From assembly GCF_006345805.1 (NCBI RefSeq), contig NC_042999.1, forward strand, positions 160,828,001-160,892,000: a stretch of 64,000 nt of DNA, given 5' to 3'. The position numbers and the translations under genes are program-made. The notes beneath the pieces are model-generated. The model was given only the letters and a program-made list of their open reading frames with translations. It was not told the DNA's origin and ran no database searches. The stretch comes from Octopus sinensis. Taxonomy: Eukaryota. Within the stretch, counting starts at the first letter, position 1. Every line of letters begins with the position of its first letter. Below are positions 1 to 9,679 of this stretch, piece after piece.

Positions 1-212
1 TAAGATGTCTGACTCCGTTGTGTATTATAAATGAATTTCTTGTGTTTGACGGCATGAGCTGTCTTTTTTTATATATAACTTTTTTTGATAAGGTTCATTT
101 CAGGAACTGAAACATGTTATAAGGTATTATAAAAGTTAAAAATTGTATAATACAGCAGCATTTTCGAACTTCATTTTTTACAATATATATATATATATAT
201 ATATATTATATA

Positions 213-588
213 CACTTGCGTCAGAAATTAATTAGCACTTCTCAAATTTCTACATTAAATAGGTTAAATCAATTAACCTATGAGCTGTTCAAAACGTCTT
301 ACGCGATGAGAAAACTTAGTATGGTGTGATTTCGGTCCTTGCGAGGTGCTACCTATATCTATTAAACAAAGAAGATTGTCTGCATCCGCACTCCAAGTTG
401 TTGTTGCACTGCTATGTCAACATCATAAGGCTGTAGACTCTCAAACTGCTCTGCAACAAAGTTACGTCATCGTTCTGCGCAACAGTGAACTCGCAACAAA
501 GCAATAGTTCGAGATATGGCCACTAGGTGACAGCACATACCTTGAGTGAAGAGCAAATCAAGGTGCTAATTAATTTCTGACGGTAGTG
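213..588. mobile_element. Tc1/mariner-type MITE
   Basis: 28-bp imperfect TIRs (cacttgcgtcagaaattaattagcactt / aggtgctaattaatttctgacggtagtg), flanked by TA on both sides within (TA)n; no ORF. Confidence 0.8.
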
Positions 589-1522
589 TATATATATATA
601 TATATATTATATATATATATCCTGAGGCCTTAGAACCCCCTTGGAGTCAATATTCTGTCCAGCAGACCAAAAAATTCTTTCCTTCTTCTTCCCTCTCCCT
701 TCCCCTCTTTCTCTTTATAATAAAACAAAACTGATTCATGTGAATTTGCCAAAACTCCTCTGCCTCAACAGAAAAGATTTTCACGACAGCTGATATAATT
801 GAATTTACACCAACTGAAATATATAAGTAGAGGATTTCATAAAAAAAAATATCTATTTTTTAAAAATTATGAGGAAACAAAGTCAGCGGGGGGATACAAA
901 AACACACACACACACACACACACATACACACATGTTCTCTCTCTCACTTTCTCCTCATCCATCATCCTCTTGTACTCTCTTATATTCCTCCCCACTACTA
1001 CGAAACTCTATAAAATGATCAAAATTCCCCACACAGGAACTTAGCTTGATTTGAAAACCCCACTAGAATGGGAGAAAGCGCTAATGATCTAAGTGATATG
1101 ATATATATATATGAAAAATGTAATATATAAATAAATATCTGTAAATATAAACCATCCGATCTTCTGAGTACCTCATTTCTTCTAATATATATATATATAA
1201 GTTGAAGTGTACAGTATTATATAGCCATTAGAGTCAATCTTACCAATCAGTTTTGCATTAGAGGTTCAACGAAGTGTTAGGTAACAGTCTGATAATTAAC
1301 CCTGCACTCATCAGAGATAGCCGTTATGGAATGAAATATGGTGATTGCTCTCCATTGCAGGAGGTGCATAGACACATTTAGTTAAGGGTTGCTGCGAAAA
1401 AGTTGATGAAAAGAATTGAGCAGGAGAGTTAACAGTTGTCCCTTGGTACCAGAACATCGTCCCTGGATGTAGTTTTTTTGCAAGTTAAGCATCTTGTGTC
1501 AGATATATATATATATATATAT

Positions 1523-1838
1523 ATCATCATCATCATCATCGTTTAGCGTCTGCTTTCCATGCTGGCATGGGTTGGACGGTGCAACTGGGGTCTGGGAAGC
1601 CAGAAGGCTGCACCAGGCCCAGTCTGATCTGGCAATGTTTCTACGGCTGGAATGCCTTCCTAACGCCAACCACTCCATGAGTGTAGTGGGTGCTTTTTAC
1701 GTTCCACCTGCACAGGTGCCAGACAAGTCTGGCAAACGGCCACGGTCGGATGGTGCTTTTTATGTGCCACCGGCACGGAGGCCAGGTGAGGCTGGCAACG
1801 GCCACGATTGGATGGTGCTTTTTACGTGCCACCGGCAC
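1523..1838 (-). mobile_element. RTE LINE 3'-end fragment
   Basis: Reverse complement of the 3' UTR and (GAT)n tail of the RTE at 13715-16468. Confidence 0.8.
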
Positions 1839-1940
1839 ATATATGTATATGTATATATACACATACATATATATATATATGTATATATGTTTGTATATAT
1901 ATATGCATATATCAATATTAATATATACTTATATATACAT

Positions 1941-2456
1941 AGCATACCTTCACAAGCATACCCCCGCTGACTTTGTTTCCTCATAATTTTTAAAAAATAG
2001 ATATTTTTTTTAATGAAATCCTCTACTTATATATTTCAGTTGGTGTAAATTCAATTATATCAGCTGTCGTGAAAATCTTTTCTGTTGAGGCAGAGGAGTT
2101 TTGGCAAATTCACATGAATCAGTTTTGTTTTATTATAAAGGTGTAGTGTTAGATGGTTGTCGTGATAGATAAAGAATGAAAGATATGAGATGCTGGTAGT
2201 CGTGTTGAAATCTGCTTGTGTATATTCAATACCCAGCACTTGTGAACAATTAACAGAAAATTGCAACCTAAGGTGGTGAATTGTTTTTTTTTTTTCTTTT
2301 TCTTCTTTTCACTCTTATGTATATATTTAAGTATAAATTTTAAAAATTGAAATCTATACTATTTGAAAGATATTTGCAGAAAGTTTCTTTAAAAATATCC
2401 ATTTTTCTCAAATTAGGAGGAAACAAAATTAGTAGGGCATACTTGAGTAGATATGC
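1941..2456. mobile_element. MITE-like element with imperfect terminal inverted repeats
   Basis: Ends are imperfect inverted copies (ctgactttgtttcctcataattttt / aaattaggaggaaacaaaattag), inserted in (TA)n; a near-identical partial inverted copy lies at ~714-897. Confidence 0.55.
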
Positions 2457-2841
2457 ATATATATATATATATATATATATATTGGCGTTAGGAAGGGCAT
2501 CCAGCTGTAGAAACACTGCCAGATCTGACTGGCCTGGTGCAGCCTTCGGGCTTGCCAGACCCCAGTTGAACCGTCCAACCCATGCTAGCATGGAAAGCGG
2601 ACGTTAAACGATGATGATGATGATGATGATGATATATATATTAATAGTTATCGCCATACTAATATGGCAGTCTATAAATATAAGACTAAAGCTGTCGCTG
2701 ATTAGCTCCAAGAGGCCATCGCCTCTAGCTAGCTATATGACACACGAACCTGCATCCATTACAACCTTCGAACAGGGGAGGTCAGCCACTTCACCTTGCT
2801 AGTATTCCGCTGTAACTAGGTAAATAAAATCTTCGAACAGA

Positions 2842-4266
2842 CGGTCAGTTAGTAAGCTTAGGATTGGCAACGAGTATAGTGAAGAATTCCAGGTAGAAAT
2901 AGGGGTCCACCAAGGTTCAGCCCTCAGTCCCCTTTTATTCATCATAGTCCTCCAGGCAATAACAGAGGAATTCAAGACGGGTTGCCCCTGGGAACTATAC
3001 TGATGACCTGGCCCTCATAGCAGAATCACTACCAGAACTAGAAAAGGAATTTTGGGTGTGGAAGCTAGGTTAAGAATCAAAACGCCTTAGAGTAAATGTA
3101 GCAAAGACCAAAATTATAATAAGTAGGAAGGGGAACTCATCACACACCCTCAGGTAAGTGGTCCCGCTCAATCTGTAGAAAAGGTGTTGGTAGAAATTCC
3201 ATAAGATGTACCCAGTGTAAGCTATGGATGCATAAGAGGTGCAGCAATATCAAAGGAAAATTAACCGAGAAGATAGCTTTCGTGTGCGGCAGATGCACAG
3301 GGACAATAGACACCATTGATACTCAGAAAAAAGATTCCATCACACACCAGTGGGAGAAACTAGAAGTAGTCGATAGTTTCTGCTACCTAGGTGACCAAGT
3401 TAGTAGTGGAGGTGGATGCTCAGAGAGTGTCACCACTAGAATATGAATAGCCTGGGCAAAGTTTAGAAAGCTTCTACCCCTACTATTGACAAAGGGTCTC
3501 TTGCTCAGAGTGAAAGGTAGATTGTACGACGCATGTGTGTGAACTGCCATGCTTCACGTTAGTGAAACATGGGCTGTGACTGCAGAGTACATGCGTAGGC
3601 TTGAAAGAAATGAAGCTAACATGATCCACTGGATGTGTAATGTCAGTGTGCACACACGACAGAGTGTAAGCGCCCTGAGAGAAATGCTGGACATAAGAAG
3701 CATCAGATGTGGCATGCAAGAGATGTTTGCGCTGGTATGGTCATGTACTATGGATGGATGAGGAGAGATGTGTGAAGAAGTGCCACTCCCAAACAGTTGA
3801 AGGAATCCAGGGTGGAGGTAGACCCAGGAAGACATGGGATGAGGTGGTCACAGAGGCAATGACAAAAGACCGAGATCTCTGGAAATATGCTGTTACTGCG
3901 AAGACTCGACAAATAACACGAGTTCATGGCTGTTTCCTGCGCCAGTTTCGCATAGCAGCCCCAGCCCATCCAAAGTACCTTGGATTGCAGGGCTATCTGC
4001 TGTGCTTGAGGAGACCTATTGAGTCAATTACATCAACATCAAAATAAAAATCAAATGGAAATTGTAGTTGCGATACCTGTGCCGGTGGCACATAAAAAGC
4101 ATCCACTACACTCATGGAGTGGTTGGCATTAGGAAGGGCATCCAGCTGTAGAAACACTACCAGATCAGACTGGAGCCTGGTGCAGCCTCCTGGCTTTCCA
4201 GACCCCAGTCGAACCGTCCAACCCATGCTAGGAGGGAAAACCGACGTTAAACGATGATGATGATGA
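2842..4266 (+). pseudogene. 5'-truncated, degraded RTE LINE (RT C-terminal half + 3' UTR)
   Basis: Collinear with 14920-16468, with stops and frameshifts; ends in gttaaacgatgatgatg. Confidence 0.9.
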
Positions 4267-4290
4267 TTATATATATATATATATACATAC

Positions 4291-4340
<50 letters not shown>

Positions 4341-4518
4341 ATAAATATTAGGGAATATATCCAAATTTACAGGGAAAAAAAAAATCAGATTTAGGATTAA
4401 ATCCAATTTTATAGTAAAATATTATAAAATATTATTTGAGACAAAACCACTATTTTGCAAAACAAACAAGGAAAGACTTAATCAATACATAAAATTTAAT
4501 AAATAGTCAAAAAAACCG

Positions 4519-4561
4519 CCACTACAATCGTTTCTTGTCTTGATCGACAATCTTCAGGTGG
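4519..4561 (-). ncRNA. Minimal type I hammerhead ribozyme (inverted copy)
   Basis: Exact reverse complement of 5269-5311. Confidence 0.75.
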
Positions 4562-5268
4562 ACTTCCAATCTAAAAAATCAAAATTTTAAAATATAAAAA
4601 TAATACTTTTAAATAATTAAAGTATAAATGAAAAAATATAAGTATATAATCCATATATAATCCATATATAACCTATATATAATCCATATCGAAAAGGTGA
4701 GTTAAAGCTCATAAATGTATATAATGTTTTTTGTGGGTGTGTAAGTATTGTTGTATATGTCGAGTTTAGTGAGTATGTATAGGCGTATATGTGAGGGAGT
4801 ATATGTATCTTTTGTGTGTGAGTGTTTTGCGTGTGAGTGTGTGTTTTGTGTGTGAATGTGTATATGGGTTTGTTATTTAGGTTTTGGGATGTATGTGTTA
4901 ATTTGTCTGTGTGGGGAGGGAGTGGGTTTTGGTGTATATTGAGGTTTATAAGTTAGTATAGGTATGTGTATAAGTCGTGAGTCTGTGGTTTACGTGTGTG
5001 TATTTGTGTGTGAATGTTTAGGTTAGGGGGTTTACTTTATAGGTTTGTTATAGAGTTTAGCAAAGGGAGATTTTATCGTTATATGTTTTTAAGAGTTTTG
5101 TTTTATCATGGTTTTTTTTAGGGAATTAGTGGTAATTAGTCTATATTTTCGATATGGATTATATATAGGTTATATATGGATTATATACTTATATTTTTTC
5201 ATTTATACTTTAATTATTTAAAAGTATTATTTTTATATTTTAAAATTTTGATTTTTTAGATTGGAAGT

Positions 5269-5311
5269 CCACCTGAAGATTGTCGATCAAGACAAGAAAC
5301 GATTGTAGTGG
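5269..5311 (+). ncRNA. Minimal type I hammerhead ribozyme
   Basis: CCAC-CTGAAGA-TTGTC gatcaa GACAA-GAAA-C gatt G-TA-GTGG: stem I CCAC/GTGG, core CUGANGA and GAAA, 5-bp stem II, very short stem III, GUA cleavage triplet. Confidence 0.75.
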
Positions 5312-5397
5312 CGGTTTTTTTGACTATTTATTAAATTTTATGTATTGATTAAGTCTTTCCTTGTTTGTTTTGCAAAATAGTGGTTTTGTCTCAAATA

Positions 5398-5403
<6 letters not shown>

Positions 5404-5457
<54 letters not shown>

Positions 5458-5519
5458 CATATATACATATATATATTACATATATATATACATATATACA
5501 CACACATATATATATATAC

Positions 5520-5562
<43 letters not shown>

Positions 5563-5640
5563 CATACATATGCATACATAAATACATACATATACATTTA
5601 CATAAACCCACATACATATAAAAATGTACATATATACATC
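5404..5640. repeat. (TA)n/(TACA)n microsatellite
   Basis: Seen directly. Confidence 0.95.
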
Positions 5641-5756
5641 CTTCCTTCACGCTGTCTGTCTCTTCGCCTGTCGATTTATCTATCTATCTATCTATCTATC
5701 TATTTAATTGTTAATTTTTAAAAGCTTTATCATTCCACTTTGAAAATAATTCTTTT

Positions 5757-6163
5757 GGATCTTTTCGGTTTGAATGACAGTTTTTAAAAATAATTTCCAC
5801 GTAACTAAACACCTTTAAACTTCGTATACTGGTAGAATGTGTTTATAAAACATCTTTTTCTCTTAGCTTTATTGAGAACATTCTATAGTTTGTAAGATAT
5901 TTGTTGTTTTTTTTCTGCAATTTCAACCAATCAATGACGTCTATTGAGGTGAAAAGCATTCTGTGCCGTATGAATATGTCCCTCGTTTAAGAAACAGATT
6001 GGGTTTATTTATAATTGTGAAGAAAAAAGATACTCTTCCCCCACCCCTAACCCTAACCCTAAAACAGATTGAAATGCAATAGATCGATACTAGGGTCATA
6101 ATTATGGGTGACAATTTCATATGACACCGCTAGAAAAAACTGCCTTTCAAACCGAAAAGATCC
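5757..6163. mobile_element. MITE with GG-starting TIRs and 8-bp TSD (Merlin-like)
   Basis: TIRs ggatcttttcggtttgaa / ttcaaaccgaaaagatcc; TSD attctttt on both sides; internal (CCCTAA)n. Confidence 0.8.
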
Positions 6164-6290
6164 ATTCTTTTTGATATTTCTGTGAAAGAACCTTATTCGG
6201 AAGCGAGTTTTGTTATCGGTTGCAGAAACGAAAAAAAAAAAAAAAATCTAAAACGTCTCATCTGCTAAATATTTCTTTACTGTGCATTTT

Positions 6291-6655
6291 GGCAATCTTT
6301 CGTCTCTAGTAGACCTTTCCGTCGATTTCCGTAAAAAACTTTTTTTTTTTACATATGGGCTTGCGGGAACTTTTGAAGTAATGAGAGCGAAAGAGACTAA
6401 GAGAAAGCGATTGTATGACGAGGGAAGTTCTTTTGAAGTTACCGTGCAGGGGAATCCTTGATGTACATGTGTGTGTGTGTGTGTGTTTGATGGGGTGTGG
6501 GAGACAGACAGTATGTTGTGTAAGTGAAGTGCTTCTGTTAGTGTGTGTGAAGAGACAGAGAGAGTAAAGTGTGAAAGAGAGAGATAAGCCCATATGTAAA
6601 AAAAAAGTTTTTTACGGAAATCGACGGAAAGGTCTACTAGAGACGAAAGATCGCC
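6291..6655. mobile_element. MITE with ~70-bp TIRs and 8-bp TSD (Merlin-like)
   Basis: ggcaatctttcgtctctagtagacc...catatgggctt inverted as aagcccatatg...gagacgaaagatcgcc; TSD tgcatttt at 6283-6290 and 6656-6663. Confidence 0.85.
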
Positions 6656-7530
6656 TGCATTTTTTTCCCGCTCGCTATGTGTCTTTGAAAAGCTTGTCGG
6701 AATATTTATGTGAAACTCTTGCTCTGCCAGCAGACAACGTAACTGGCACATTTCAAATTTGCCATTCTGCTATGATTCCTGCGCGTTCCAAACTTGGTGT
6801 AAACACAAGTGCTACTACGAGATGGCTTCGAATCCAATTGCAGGAAAAGTTACCTGTAAGAGGCTGCTGCCATCCTTGCAATGAATCTATTTCCTCGCAT
6901 TCACTAAATACTTCGAAAACCAGGGTTAATTAAACACCGGACTACCACGAGTCTATAATTGGAAGTAAATGGATCACAACTACGGTTCAGAAAAGCCATT
7001 TCGATATTCAAGTAGGTCAATCGTGATCTACACCAGAAGACAATTTACCTTTTAGCATGGTTTAATACATGTAATTGGGTTCTTGTTGTTTTGAGAAAAA
7101 TTTTCGCTAACGAAATCAACAGGAACGTGATATATTGCAAACTACATAATTTAGTCATGGCCTATTGTCTTGTTTTCTTTCGTCAATGTTAATATATACA
7201 AAATTGTTATCTCTCGACATTGAGTTACTTTTAAGACTAGGTCCACATGAAAAACTGAATGTGTGCTAGTCTTTAAGTGATTCACTAATGTTATTTGTAT
7301 GAAACTGGTTCTACCTGGATTTTCAGTTTTAATTAGCAAAACATAAAGGTGTGTCATTCATTATAAAAAGGCTTTCGTACAACCGAGTCCCGGTATTCGC
7401 TGGAAAGGAAATAACAAATTGACTTCTGTTTTTTCCCCATCTGTACTTGCAATCGGCCCGTTTTGATTTTATCAAACATTTGTATATTTTCTAAAAGAAA
7501 TATCACGAGTTATTCTCATTGCTTGGACAA

Positions 7531-8021
7531 ATGGAACCTGGAGAAACATTTGGTAATTGCGTCAAACGAAAATTAAGTGCTATTTCACTTTATTCAAACT
7601 TTTCAAACATCAGCTTTCAGGAAGATAATCCTATTTTTAATCGTTTAAGCAATGATGTCAACGATTTTGATAATTCAAAAAATGATGTCAACGATTTTGA
7701 TAATTCAAACAATGATGTCAACGATTTTGATAATTCAAACAATGATACCAATGATTATAATACTAATGCTGTGAATAATGGTGATTGTGCTACGAACAGA
7801 AGAGATATCGATGATGTCAACTTTACCAATAATGCTCATGGCACAGAAAATGACGCATATACAGGGGATTCCAACTTGGGCTCTATTAATCTTGATGAAA
7901 ATTCTTCTGTTACAACGGCCTCATACCTAACATTACCTTCAATTTTTGACGAAATAATGAAATATCGAGGAAAATCTGTGCGTTCATCTCAAAGATTTGA
8001 CATCGACTCTCTAGCAACGAC
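7531..8021 (+). CDS. SLC16/MCT-like transporter, putative coding exon 1 (Asn/Asp-rich N-terminus)
   Basis: ATG at 7531, open frame to strong donor AC|gtaagt at 8022 (phase 2), which matches the phase-2 acceptor ttcag| at 21845. No family motif in this exon, so the link is inferred from splice phase. Confidence 0.6.
7651..7770 (+). repeat. Coding 30-bp tandem repeat (NDVNDFDNSx)
   Basis: aatgatgtcaacgattttgataattcaaa(a/c) x3 plus one degenerate unit. Confidence 0.9.
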
Positions 8022-8275
8022 GTAAGTTGAAACAATTTTTCTTTTGATTTTAATTTCAATGAAGAGTTTACAAAATGTATTCTATGAATGCGGTAATTTC
8101 CAAAAGGTGCTGGATAGTTAGTTCCTTGACAAAAAGAATTAAATTATATTTTCGAAAAATAAAAGAGAACTAAGATCTTATAAAGCCTTTATGTAATATG
8201 ATTGTAAACATGACAATCCAACGAAATTTGGAGAAATTACGGAGTTTTTCTACCTTCCAATAGTTTTCGGTAATA

Positions 8276-8672
8276 TCTTTATATATAAAAGTGAAGTTGT
8301 GTGTCTGTCTCCTACGATTTAGATTCCTAACTACTCCCACATTTTGCGGTGCAGTTTAACCAAAAGCGGGTATCTTATAGTCATGATTCATATCGAGCCC
8401 TTCTGGGTATTAGCGCGCGTCTACGATGAGTCTACGATTTAAAAAAAATTTACCATCATTTTTTTCCATTTTAATGCATTTTTTCGCCATTATATAAGGG
8501 AAGTAACTCTCTAAAAATGTCTACGATGAGTCAACGATTTAAAAAAAAATTTACCATCATTTTTTTTCCATTTTTAATGCATTTTTTTGCTATTTTTTGG
8601 CTGTAACTCTCTAAAATTGCTTATATAGTTATTTCCCTTACAAACCCGAGCAACGCCGGGCGATACTGCTAG
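8276..8672 (+). mobile_element. Non-autonomous Helitron-like element
   Basis: A|TC 5' end, CTAG|T 3' end, subterminal GC hairpin cccgagcaacgccggg, no TSD; further copies at 27519 and 60506. Confidence 0.8.
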
Positions 8673-9184
8673 TAGTCTATAAAAAAGTCAATTTTTAAAA
8701 AATTATTGTATGAAATAAATAAATAGCTCTTTTTTTCTTCAGAAAACGTTTTAAAATTATAACCTCGTCATAAATTTTTTATTTGCAAATTATTTTGAAT
8801 AGCAATAATGGTTTCAAATTTTGGCACAAGACCATCGATTTTGGGACAGGAGTATAGTTGACTCTTATTTGCTCTAAGGCTCGTGTCCCTCGTCACCTTC
8901 CCAAATATTTTTAGAGAATAATCTCGATTTAAAAATTTACATATTTTAGATTTTTTCAGAAAAAAAAAATGAAAGTATCATCACATTTATAAAAAATGAG
9001 GTTTTATTTCACTTACTGACGCCAAATGAAGAATATAGAAAAAAAATTAGGAGACTTCATTGCATTGAAGATGAAATACGGGTGATGTTTATCATCCAAA
9101 GATATAAAATGTTACCAAAAACCATGAAACTCATGTTTCTTATTGATAATTAAGCATAATTTATTGAATATTTAAATAAATATT

Positions 9185-9671
9185 GGATCTTTTCGGTTTG
9201 AACGACAGTTTTTAAAAATAATTTCCACGTAACTAAACACTTTTAAACTTCGTATACTGGTAGAATGTGTTTATAAAACATCTTTTTCTCTTGGCTTTAT
9301 TGAGAAAATTCTATAGTTTGTAAGATATTTGTTGTTTTTTTTTTCTGCAATTTCAACCAATCAATGACGTCTATTGAAGTGAAAACATTCTGTGTCGTAT
9401 GAATATGTCTGATCTTTTCCTTTTGAACGGCAGTTTTCAACACAATTTCTAGTTAACTATGCACTTTTAAACTTCGTATACTGGTAGAATGTGTCAAAAT
9501 AAAATATTTTTTTCTCTTGACTTCCTTGAGAAAATTGTAATTTGTAAGTTTAAGGTAGTTTAATTTTTCGAATTTTAACCAATCCTATGCCCTCTATTGA
9601 GCTAAAATCATTTGCTGCGTCTAAATTTTAGCCTTTCGTTTTTTAGGGTTAGGGTTAAACCCTAACCCTAA
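9185..9671 (+). mobile_element. Two tandem truncated copies related to the 5757-6163 MITE
   Basis: 9185-~9409 near-identical to 5757 onward; a diverged second copy starts ~9411 and ends in TTAGGG repeats. Confidence 0.75.
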
Positions 9672-9679
9672 TCATTATC

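Larger units (their letters stand above)
4423..5406. mobile_element. Penelope-like inverted-pLTR remnant carrying minimal hammerhead ribozymes
   Basis: Inverted arms of ~260-270 bp (~4423-4695 and ~5146-5406) around a GT-rich spacer, between (TA)n tracts; each arm contains a hammerhead core. Confidence 0.65.

Noticed and set aside
6248-6933. Overlapping ORFs of 95-167 aa
   Set aside because: They run through MITE inverted repeats and GT/GA tracts; no protein motif.
9643-9671. Chromosome end-to-end fusion scar
   Set aside because: Only ~2 repeats per side and embedded in a MITE family that already carries CCCTAA repeats.
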